Positions 1 to 11,457 of a DNA stretch of 34,359 nt are shown piece by piece. The notes under the pieces were generated by a model that was not told the origin of the DNA, made no database searches, and worked only from the letters and a program-made list of their open reading frames with translations. Within the stretch, counting starts at the first letter, position 1. Each line of letters starts with the position of its first letter. Source of the stretch: Sphaeroforma arctica JP610 (lineage: Eukaryota); contig NW_014040296.1 in the NCBI RefSeq assembly GCF_001186125.1, forward strand, positions 8,377 to 42,735, given 5' to 3'. The position numbers and the translations under genes are program-made.

Positions 1-59
1 ACTTGTGCTTCATCGGTTATTGCCTCCTAACTATGGCACTCAATGGCTATAAATGTCAA

Positions 60-2870
60 TCAAGAAAATGTATGTTTTAAGCTATCTCTCCGTTCTACAA
101 CACTAATTATTTCAGTCATGCTAACGTTTTTCTTGACTGCACTACAGAAAAATTGTAGGTTCACTAAGCGGACCTCCTGGGCAAGCGTTAGAAATATCTT
201 AGCCCTGCGGTTAACTCGATCGATGTGTATCCTCACACCGGCTATTTTTTTTATAGTGTCAGTATGCACTGCTATAAATTGTCCAGCAGCGGGAAACGCG
301 GCGGCACGTTATACAAAACTCCCTCGCGTAACCTCCTAAATTCAACACTCAGACAAAATACTATTTATTTCGATATTCTTGTTGTTGCGTTGTTCCTTTG
401 TTGCATCTTCCCAAACGCTTTATCCAGAGACATCTCTCCGTCAGTGCGGGACACGACGTCCTGTATTTTATGCACTAATTTCACCACTTCAATCCTCTGC
501 ACAACAACGCGTCATATTTTGACCGACGAAATGGCATAACAGGTGGTTAATAAATGGTGCACAACAGTAAGAATCAGGTCGTTCCCAGGGACCACATACT
601 GGGGTCTGGGGCTCTGGGCCCTGGGGTCACAAAACAGATTTTGAGAACAGTTTTGGCCTCTGCGCAACCTATAGATCAATAATATTTGGCTATACTTTTG
701 GTGCGGACCTTCGAGAAAAAAATATTGTTTAGCCAAAATGTCGTTTCACAATCCGGGACTTTTGGAGCGGTGTATTTGCTACGACACCCGATCCCAACGA
801 CTCGACTGACCTCTCTTCCTCAAGGCCTTTCGATCCCACCGATTTTTGGCGGGTCAAATTCGGCGTGTACATATGAGACAAATCTGCGGACCTAGAAATA
901 GCACCTTCATGAAAATTCACAGGACCATATATGTAATAAAAATTGAGGTTTGGGTCTGGGTTCATCATCAGCGCCTGAGCGTATAGAGGGTGTACCTGCC
1001 CCAGGGCCTGTCTACCTCTTTTAATGTCCACACCTTTAAAAAGAGGTTATTTAGCGAGACCCTAATTAATCTATTTTAATCCAGAGGGGCCGTGAAAAAC
1101 ATGATTTTTCAGAGGTCTGGCATAAAAAACTAAAAACGAACGGTGGAAAACCAGTTTAGGTTTTCTGTATATTTATTTTTGTTTGTTTTTAAAAAAAACA
1201 AAACAAAATAAAACAGAACAAAACAAATAGACCGCGGCCGCGGCCCACTGGGGGCAGGGTGAGGGAATTGGGAACATTCCATTGCTTTTTGTGAAAAAGC
1301 TCCAGAATTTCCAAGCACACATACACTTTAAAACATTTATACAATAAAACGAAATTATGTAAACAATAAAAAGAAAGCAATTATATATATATCTATTTTT
1401 AAATATAAAGCATAGCCTTCTGAATGTTTAATTTTCAGGAGACTATGTATAAAGAGCCATAACATAGTTGTATTGGGCCCTGGGGACTGGGGACTGGCGA
1501 CCTCTACTACTCTAGAGTAGAGGGACTGGGGTTCATATTTCATCGGAACTTCCTTATACTTCTTGGATCCTCCGGCCTACCTGTACATTACCGCAAAAAC
1601 AAATCTACTTTTTATCAAAACATCAGGGATGTCATTGGCTTCGAGTTACTTCACGTTCCCACGATTGACAATTCTATTGAATAAAATAATCTACAAGTCG
1701 AATCTTGAGCAACACTCTCTTATATTTGATTGTGAGCTAACAGCCATACTTTACACTAGTATAAAATTTGAACTGTGCGTCGGCCGTTGGGTCGTTTTAC
1801 TTTTGTACATGCATTATTGCATTTGGAATTTGGAATCCTGTCGCCCACTCGCCCTACTATATACTCCTGCTCCACAACCTCCAGTGCTCCACCAAAGCTG
1901 CACGAGCTACCTAATAACTGATGCTCAGTGATGAGCAATCAGTAGCATAATTACTCGTTTACTCTCAGACTCTCAACATGAGACAGGGGACTCACCCAGG
2001 TCTCAGGGGCCAGGGGCCCGGGGCTCTCATGTATCATTTCTCAAACTCAAAGTCTCAAGATTTATGAAGTCAAACCTATCCTCAAACCATTTTCCGTTAA
2101 AACATATAAATCGAATTAATGTGCGTTTACGTTCAACTTTTATTTCATATATGGTCCTTTGTATGCTCATAGGTGCAACTTGCGGGTCTAAATATTTAAG
2201 TGTGTACCACGTTCACAATATTAACTAGTCCTATAAAAGAACTTAGATAGGCCGTTCACATTATAGACGTTATAACGTTTTAAAATTGAATATATATGCG
2301 TTTACTTTCAACTTCTATCCCATAACCCTATAACGTTATGAGCTTAGAGTCAAACTCTCAAGTCTCAACTCTTTGTATAAATATAAATGACTCAAAAGAT
2401 CACAACCAGAGGTTGAGCCTGTTGAGGTAGGTCTCGCAAGTCTCGAAGTCTCAGACTCTCAGGCCTGAGCCCTTTACTATGGTGCAATCGCTTTTTAAAA
2501 ATGATAAATACAGGAAACCACCCCTACTTCAGCCAGGCACAGCACATACTAATAGTGACCCGATTCGGACGTTTGATAGCGGTAAATGCTCACATTGACC
2601 TGATTGAGAAAATCACCCGGACACATTTTTGGATTTGTACTTAGTTTAAAATCAAGTTTTGGCAAAATCTTGAAATTTGGCCGTTTGTGGTGGAGCCCAC
2701 CTTGCAGTACGAATTTTGGACTTTTGAGGGCAGAAATCAGCAAGCCAGCCCATTTCTAAGACTCGTGCTATCGTCAGATTTTCGAAATTGGTGTCCCATC
2801 CTGTTGGAAGGTGTATTTATTGTAGTCCTTTTAAAAAAAAACAGGTAACGGCCTGCGAGTGCTGAACCCT
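60..2870 (-). mobile_element. Degenerate PIF/Harbinger-type transposase (possible THAP + HTH_Tnp_4 + DDE_Tnp_4), pseudogenised
   Basis: Minus-strand fragments occur in the expected order. These are a weak THAP-like region (~2600-2860, ...KWAGLL...KMCPGDF), DAQFKFYTSVKY and LIKSRFVFAVMYR (~1580-1785, like FYTG...QFxLxLMxLR), and EMSLDKAF (~415-440, like VMADKGF). GVLYNVPP...GQFIAVHTDTIKKIAGVRIHIDRVNRRAKIFLTL (~180-325) matches the DDE_Tnp_4 motif IASVRIHVERAIxRIKxFxIL. Multiple stops and frameshifts; termini not found. Confidence 0.65.
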
Positions 2871-5317
2871 AGAGGTGTCACAAGGTTCTTATCAAATGTT
2901 ATATTTATGTTTCCATGTTCTCTGTATGCGTCACCATCGCTATCGTAGTCGCTCGATTCAGATGTATAATCTTGGTGCTTTGCTACTGTTGTAAATCTGT
3001 TATCTGAACCGCGTAGAGAGTGTGCCTTTCACCCCTGCCGCCTGTCAGATTTTTCGCTCTCTTTGGTGGGACCGGCATCGTTGCGTGGGTTGCACTGACT
3101 AGGAGATATATATGTAAACTGTCGACTATGTCTGCACGAGGTGTAATTTATTTGTTTATCATATATTCTACACCACAAAGTCACAGCCCCAAATGGCCAT
3201 GGAGGCCCAGAATGGCGCTGAGTCCCAGAATGACCGCTGAGGCCACGATATTGGCCGGTCCCAAAAATTTAAAAAACAATGACCGACGATTTTTTAAGAC
3301 GGTTTTGGCTTCTACACACAATTATATATCCCGTGACGAATGCCGATTTTGGATTAAGAATTTTTCACATAGAAAATGAAGTTTCAATTTATTTATTTAA
3401 TATTTTCTGTAATATCTTAAAAAAAGCAACTGCACCAGAGCGCTCCTTACTATTTTTGAGAGTAGACTTTTCTCGCGTCACTTTCTCTACTCTAAGTAGA
3501 AGTAGAGAAAATATAGAGGCTGAAGGCTCTCTCTCTCTCAGTGACTCTCAGTCTCTCTCTCTAATCTCTATATGTAGCGTACGGGCAGCGGAGCGCAGTG
3601 TGTCATATGACTCATATCAAGAATTATCGTGAATGTCCCAACTCCCAACAAGTGGCCAACTCAGGTCAAGTCCCAGCTTTTTCTTTTATAGTTCTGCTTT
3701 TTTAGAAAAACCAACAAAAAAACCCCATACAAGGTCAATTTGAGTCGCTGGCGCTTTATCTATAGCCCCACTGCCAGACCCAGCCGCTGGTCTTGTTTTT
3801 AAAGAAACCTCGAGTTTGTTTTTAGAAAAACAAGTGCTCCGTTTCCTTCGTTTTCTCCGAAGCAGTTATAAACTAATAAGGACACTCCATTTTATTTCAA
3901 TAGGAATTTAAAAACTCCTCTTATGGTAAGCAATAGAAATTCTCTTGAATAGTGTTCAGTTAACTATTTACTTATTTTCACCCAGCCAGGGCAGAGAGTA
4001 TGCTAGTAGTAGCTTACTAAGAGCGAATTTTACTCTATGCAGGTTTGACTTTGCACACATCACTGTTATTCTCACTGGCTCCACTCTCATCATCTTTTAG
4101 GGCGCTTTTAGGGCCTCCCGAATTGCGCTTTCGTTGGAATTGTTTTTTTGAAAGTGTTTTTTAAAAAACCAAAGAAAATCCCCTGGCGTCCTCAGTTCTC
4201 AGTTCTCAGTTCTCACTCCTCACAGACCTGTCCTGCTGAGTCCTGAGTTCCTGACTCCTACGTCCTACGGGTCTGTCAAATGTTCGCCGACTCCGACAAT
4301 TCCAGCAGTCAGGACTTAGGACTCATCCGGAGACTCAGAAGTCAGGAGTCAGGACTCAGGAGTCACAAATTCACAACATTTTGAAGGCAATGTACAGAAT
4401 GTATGTATTTAGTCGATATTTTTTGTTGTGTTGAACTGGCGTCATTTTATATTTCTAAACCCTGATTTTCGACATCAATATATCAAAATCTAGGCATTAC
4501 AAGATCACCCATTTTGTAAATTTTGTGTATATCAGTGAGAAAATCAGGTCAAAATATGTATTTTGAGCCTCAGTTTTGTATACCTATGGAGTTGTCGAAT
4601 AGATCCAAGATTCCAATTTGAACCATATATTTATCTGATTTTTGATGTCCATTGTCCAAAAACTCAATTTGATTTGATTTTTCAAGGAATACAAAGTATG
4701 TACAAATTTCCCCTCCATGTTTGTTATTTTGTATTACTCCAAAAAAAACCAAAAAGAACAAAAGAAAGTTTCGAATTTAGAAGGCTATCGAAACTTGGAA
4801 AGGTTGTCTGTTTGTAAATTATGCAGCAATTTTATTATATTTCTTCTCTTCTCTCAATTTAGAAGAGCTATGCAAATATGTTGAATAAAACAATATGTAT
4901 ATTTGTTTTATTGTTTCTTTTTTTATTTACAAAATACTCTCGAATTCAATGAATCTTCTTTTCAAACGGAATTTTTTATTCCGAGTAAATATACTGGACG
5001 TTGGAACTTTTATTCAATCTGGTGGCTATTCTTAGGAAATAAAAAGGTATATATCGTTTTTATCTACAAACCATAGCGTCCTTTCAGAATGAGAAGAAAG
5101 AACATTTTTAACTTTTTCTATAGGAGACTATGCTTTTTAACATTTTTTTTTAATTTAGTCAAAAAAACGAACTCGCTATAATTTTCCTGTATATATTCTG
5201 CTACAGCCTGTCGCTGAAGTATCATTATCAACAAGAAACTATATCGCATGTTGTGCTTATGTGCTAGTTGGAATAAATAAGTAGGATACCCGATTGCGAT
5301 TCGGAGAATAATACATC

Positions 5318-6484
5318 ATGAGGGACTCAATCCAGAATATACAGCTTGAACCAGAACGGAAACACAGAAGTCTGCGAATACGTATGTGTGAAAGCAAATT
5401 AATGAGAATATTATCGAGTTCAAACTCAAAGGGATCGAGCTTCAGCAATGCGGTGGATAACCAAATCATGAATGTGGTCATACCGGCACGGCGTTCGTGC
5501 CTAAAGCCCAAATCACAATACGCAGTTCCACCGCTCGGTGATGAAAGCATGGCATCATTCACGCGAGACTTTCTTAACCCGGATGTGCCTGAGGGCGTAT
5601 TTGATGTGCCATCGACGATTACTGCCTTGTACACACCGAGATCGAGCCGCGAAGAGAATTTACCGGTATCTCGCGCAAAGAGGAAGACGGTCTTACGTTC
5701 ACAAAACAACCGATACAAAGAAGAACAACATGTGTTCGCCGATAAATTGCCTGTCAAAGCTTCAGATAGGTGCGGAAACAGTTCTTTTGGTCGTAGAAGT
5801 GAAACTGATTCCCTGGACGACAGGATAAGTGATTTGGCCTCCGAAGAGTCGCCATCGATTGTATGTCATTTACGTAGGTCCACAGTACCTAGTAGGTTGC
5901 ACATGACATCGCAAATTGATGCCCACCCTGTTAAATCAGTCGCGCCTGTTGGCACCCGAAAAATAGCTCGAGAGCGGCCAATATTTGATTTGGTACCTGC
6001 AAGGCGACCATCTCAGGTTGAGAAAGGGCCGGTCGCTTGCCAAACAGCTACTACCGACATCGTGGTGAATGAGAATGCTTCTGAGACACACCGTGCAAGC
6101 AGAGCTTCAGTTAGATATATCTCTCAGAAGTCAGAGGGACATGCAACCGCTGAAGCCAGTAAGAGAGTCACACCTGGTGCTCGCCCAAGACCACGATCAG
6201 TGAGCCTCACTCATGATACCCGGGTGGTGGACCAGCGCGATCTCCAGGAAAGGCCTATGCTACTAAAAGTAGAAATGGACAGGAATGCAGACCTTGTTAT
6301 CCAGTTGAAATCGCTGGAGTTAGCCGAAGAATTGGTAGATTGCCCAGACTCTGCTGATGTGAAAAGGCTCAAACCTCGAGCTCTTCCCAGGCCAAAATCA
6401 ATGTTTGATCCGTCACTTCGTCGAAAGGTACACGTCCAAGACTCAAGCTGTCTCAGTGAACTTACGAAAAGGCGCTGGGGTTAA
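5318..6484 (+). CDS. Hypothetical intronless 388-aa Ser/Arg/Pro-rich protein, probably largely disordered
   Basis: Uninterrupted 1167-nt ORF with higher GC than its flanks. An in-frame TAA lies three codons upstream of the ATG, and AATAAA follows at ~6512. No recognisable domain. Confidence 0.65.
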   Translation: MRDSIQNIQLEPERKHRSLRIRMCESKLMRILSSSNSKGSSFSNAVDNQIMNVVIPARRSCLKPKSQYAVPPLGDESMASFTRDFLNPDVPEGVFDVPSTITALYTPRSSREENLPVSRAKRKTVLRSQNNRYKEEQHVFADKLPVKASDRCGNSSFGRRSETDSLDDRISDLASEESPSIVCHLRRSTVPSRLHMTSQIDAHPVKSVAPVGTRKIARERPIFDLVPARRPSQVEKGPVACQTATTDIVVNENASETHRASRASVRYISQKSEGHATAEASKRVTPGARPRPRSVSLTHDTRVVDQRDLQERPMLLKVEMDRNADLVIQLKSLELAEELVDCPDSADVKRLKPRALPRPKSMFDPSLRRKVHVQDSSCLSELTKRRWG

Positions 6485-6669
6485 GCAAAATTTGTCACAA
6501 AGGTGTATCGCAATAAAAATGTAGTCAATAGACAAAGCACCAGGTGCCAATTTGTGATAATCCTGTTCGAAGTCAGTATATCAAGTTTAGGGATAGTCAA
6601 AAGTCTGAAACCTGGTTAAATGCGCCAGCAACCATGTATAGATACCCTCAAACTAGTCTTCATGTGATG

Positions 6670-7009
6670 TTTATATAAATATACAAATCTATATATATTT
6701 ATATGAATGTATGTGTGTGTGTTTACATACATATTCATATGAATGTATGTGTGTGTGTTTACATACATATTCTATTAATATATTTATATAAATATTAATA
6801 TGTATTAGTACAAATACTGAATACGCACATAACACACATTTATATATATGTGTGTGCGTGTCTGTATATATATACATATTATATATATATATAGATCATA
6901 TAGATATATATAAATGTATATATATATATATATACATATATCTATATATATATTATATGCATACTCTTATATATATATATATATATTCTATACATACATA
7001 CATTTATAC
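6670..7009. repeat. TA/TG microsatellite-rich low-complexity tract with a 36-bp tandem duplication
   Basis: atatgaatgtatgtgtgtgtgtttacatacatattc occurs at 6701 and 6737. (TA)n runs continue into an N gap. Confidence 0.8.
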
Positions 7010-7802
7010 NNNNNNNNNNNNNNNNNNNNTTTTTATCGCAAATGTGAAATATAAAATGGGAAAAGAGACACTTTTGAAGTTCTATTGTGACTTGTGAGTT
7101 GTGACCAGTGACAGTGTTGCGAAATGTGAGCTTGTGAACTTGTGCTGGCCCATGGACTCGATGGGCATGTGATCCACCTTTATCCCATTGACGTAAATAC
7201 AAATACATAATATTACCCAGATGTGGGATGAGTCACGAAAACGGAAAATTTAGTGTTCGTTGAAAAATTAATATATTGAGTCACTGACACTCTCTACCAG
7301 AATCTGCTATGTCAGCCAATGGTCATTGCCCAAATTTTAACAAGAATGCAATTTCAATTGGTTTGACAGTGCATACTCGCCTCAGATCGAGTGAATTCCA
7401 ATCCATTTGCAGTTGCGTTAAATTTTAAAGTCACAACCCAAATTTAAATCAGTAGGGGCGCCTAATATTGGGCCTTTCTCTTTCGGCTTAACGGCAATCT
7501 CATTGCAATCAAAAAATATGTTGAGCTAAAAAAAAAATACTGGATCGTTATTCGACACAAGAGGAGAACAACAAAGCAACCCGTGATGGACCATGGCATG
7601 TATATATGTAATATATAATATTCAACACACACTACAAACAAGGACATACACAAACACTGTATTTAATCCATTTACGTTTTACGTATCTGTGTTTACACTA
7701 TTTCAACCGGACAGGCACACTTCTGATATTGACCTGTGTGGCGTGCACAATTCCGGATAGGAAGGCATTTTCTTTTCACCGCTGTAATCGTTCTTGTTCA
7801 CT

Positions 7803-7903
7803 ATGAGCTCGGACGAACCCACAATCAGCCCCTCATATAACTACTCTGCGGAGAAGGGAGGAAAGGGCGATGACCTAGAAATGGCAACGGCTGCTTCAGA
7901 AAA
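7803..7903 (+). CDS. SLC12A8-like exon 1 (MSSDEPTISPSYNYSAEKGGKGDDLEMATAASE)
   Basis: ATG at 7803. Donor GTATGT at 7904; phase 2 matches exon 2. Confidence 0.7.
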
Positions 7904-8526
7904 GTATGTATATATCAATAGAATGTGTATTGTTAACGTCATAAAAGTATGTTGATTGCGTCAGAAGAGTATGTAAATACGTTCCGAAATGCATACAATT
8001 GGCCTCGATAGGTTTGTATATTACTTCGGCGACGTACATTTAAAATCCAAAAAAGTATATTTGAATTCCCTTTACATAGATGGCTTTGTAAATACCTTCA
8101 CGAATTTGTGTAGATACCTCCGGCTAAGTATATCAATACCTTCAGATATGCGTATGTCTACTTGGAGGTGTACACGCCCCATGCCTTTTCGTGGTCTTTA
8201 CTTTTAGCTATCATTCCAAGCCGCTCACTTTACAATAGTGGCTTTCTTATTTACAACGCAGTTGTACATTTTCAGCGTGTTCGTTTGTGAATTGGCTTCG
8301 TTCTCTGTCCGAATAAGTAAGCGATTTTGGTTGACCGGATGGATCTCGAGTGAACAATGAATTGTTTACATGTTGACTATTTACATTTAAAATCTGGGAG
8401 TCAGTGGAGTCCAGTTTTGTGTATTGGTAACGCTCCATACGCATGTCAAATTTTAAGAATGCGAATAACAACAAAAGTTCAAAGCTCAAACAAATGCTGA
8501 AAGAGGAAACTATGTTCATATGGCAG

Positions 8527-8557
<31 letters not shown>

Positions 8558-8723
8558 CCTACCAGTCTATATATTATATATGTATATATAGTTATATGTG
8601 CTGGTGTGGGTGTGCGTGTATGTGTATGTGTGCATTTATATATATATATATATGTGTGTGTCTGTGTCTGTGTCTGTGTCCGTGTCTGTGTAATTTGCAT
8701 ACATATATATACGTGTGTGCATC

Positions 8724-8755
<32 letters not shown>

Positions 8756-9975
8756 ACTTACATATTGACGCTTAAATTTGCACATGAATCGACCTGTATC
8801 TATTGGTATATCAATATAAACAGATACTTGCGTGAGGATTTTCTTTCAAGGACAACTGTTCGATATTCAAGAGATACGTGATACATGTACGATATATATT
8901 ATTATGTTATTATATAATTATTATATGCATGCTTGTTTAGAGCCGAACATATATTTTTGTATAGCTATATTTATGTATATGTATATAGATAAATGTAAAT
9001 TTATATTTATGTATATGTATATAGATAAATGTAAATTCCACATTATAGATCAAGTGCACTCAGTTTCTAGGACTATCTCAATCATCCATAGATGTACAAA
9101 TGTCACTCACCTCTGTTGTATGCACTACCTCAACCAACCTCACACAACTCCCACACCTCACAGCGTTGACAGCCGCCAAGGCGTCACCGACGACATGAGT
9201 CTGGGTGAAGACAATGTACTACCCCCACACCCCACCGTACCCGCCAAGCCCTCAGGTTTTGTGGGTCATATCAAGGCGCTCATCTTCTCACCACCCGGCT
9301 ACAAGTTCGGTACCTGGGATGGCGTCTTCTCGAGTTGCCTGACCAACTGCTTTGGGGTCATTATGTTCCTGCGTATGGGTTTTGTAGCGGGAAATATGGG
9401 GGTGTGGCAGGCGCTGGGGATGATTGGGAGTGTGTTTGTGATGAGTCTGTTAACCATTCTCAGCACCGCCGGTATATGCAGCACGTGTAGGCTGAGCAAG
9501 GGAGGGCTGTACGCGATCCTCAAGCAGGCTCTGGGCACTCAAGTGGGTATGTCTGCATAGATACATGTAAATATCTATTTTATTATATATATATATATAT
9601 ATATTGTATGTGCACTGTGTCGCCTTCTTAGCCTATTTGTATACGTATCCCCTCACTCACTCACTCAGGCGGCACCATCGGAGTCATCTACACTCTCGGC
9701 TTGGCTACGGTCAATGCCGTGTACGTGCTGGGTTTCGCCGAGGCCTTCTGCGAGCTGATTAACGCAGACTCCTCAGATCTCAACAACCTGCGCATAGTGG
9801 GTGCTATCACGGAAGTGGTGTGCTTGTGCGTGGTGCTGTTGGGAGTGGAGTTTATTATGAAGCTACAGTTTATCTTCCTGGTCATACTCATTGCGGCGCT
9901 GTTGAACATCATAATCGGTGGATTTACCTACCCCACTTTCGGCCAGGTGAGTTGAATGCGTTCTTAGTTGGTTTG

Positions 9976-10008
<33 letters not shown>

Positions 10009-11422
10009 AAATATATGTATGTACGTTTATATTCATATAGTACGTATGTTTATATATATAGTTGGTGTGTGTATATATATAGCACGTATGTTTTTACCTC
10101 ACGTTTTGTTATAGACATGGTATACCGTGTTTGGTGTTATACATTTAGTTCATCATGAAGCGTTTGCTTGTCTTCCTGATCACTCATTGCGGCGCTGGTA
10201 AACATCATCAACGGTGGATCTACCTACTACAACTTAGTCAGTGGGAGTGGAATGTGTTCTTATTTGGATTATTTATATATACCTATATCAATCTATCTAT
10301 AATATATATATATATATATATATGCCTATCTATAGTGTGTTTGTGTATCCATCATACCACCGCCCACTATCTTCGTGGTAATCTAGACTGTGTCATCCTT
10401 GAGCATCAACTGAATAACAGCGGTGGTGGGTCTAAGCATACTCTACATACTCTCATGCCTCACGTTGCTCAAGCGTACCTGATCTGCACAGCACAGCTAG
10501 CGATACTGTCTACAACCACAAAGGCCCCATACATCCTTCCCTTGATCGTGTATCTCCTTGTGTCGCTTTGTTCGTGGTTTTAGGGTTAGGGTTTTAGCTA
10601 AAACCCTAAACCCTAACCCGCTATTAGTATCAGATAGCTAGGTTTGGTGCTCGAGTTAACTGCTACTAAACCGTCCGACTGCTATCATCACACACATGCT
10701 TGGCCTCCCGGTGCAGTTTACCAGCACCAACCTCTCCTCAGACTACAACGAGGGCGAGAACTTCTTCACACTTGTGGGTCTGTTCTTCTCCACAACCACT
10801 GGTATCATGGCGGGTGCTAATATGAGTGGGGATCTCAGACACCCCTCGGTGGCTATCCCAGTTGGCACGGTCGCTGCGATTGCTGTGGGAGATGCAGTGT
10901 ACGCCTCTCTTGTGCTGGTCATGGCCGCGGTGGCCTATTCCTCGGAGAACGATGTATGTAGATGTCGCTTTTCATGTGCATGTTTATATACGTATTTGTA
11001 TATGTGTGCATGTATGTATGTACGTATATGTATGTGTGTGTGTGTGTTCTTTGTTTTCATAAATATGCCATGGCTGGCGCTGTGTAATTCTTGTGCTGGC
11101 CTATTCCCACACGTGCTTGTTTGACTATGACTATCCCATTCGACTACTATCAGTGTTACGTGATCACATACTTCATTTGCGCACGTGTCGAATCGAACTC
11201 CCAAGTCTTCTCCAGTGTCCGTAAGTTGTCTACAATGTACTGGTGTGGACATACGACGTGGTACTGGGAACACATAAATTGTAAGGTTTGAGGGTCATAA
11301 ACTTTATGTGGTCTTCCATCTGAACATTTTATGATGAGCGTATCGTAGCGTTTTCGGGAGATAAATCAGTATCTTAACCCACCTCCTCTCCTCCCCATAC
11401 ATTTATTTATATAAGTATATGT

Positions 11423-11457
<35 letters not shown>

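Noticed and set aside
3279..3632. + strand ORF faintly resembling a transposase HTH
   Set aside because: It is on the opposite strand to the Harbinger relic, the similarity is too weak and the 3' half is low-complexity stutter.
4400..5200. AT-rich stretch with a decayed-coding look on the minus strand
   Set aside because: No sustained frame or identifiable motif.
5257..5757. 166-aa minus-strand ORF
   Set aside because: Antisense shadow of the 388-aa + strand ORF, with no recognisable motif.
6200..6410. Possible capping-protein-interaction motif (LxHxTxxRPK) in the orphan ORF
   Set aside because: LTHDT and RPK are far apart, so the spacing does not match.
8443..9160. YI/CV-rich ORFs, including the N-terminal part of ORF 8832-9560
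   Set aside because: Intronic (TA)n/(TG)n microsatellite translations; real coding starts at the acceptor at 9164.
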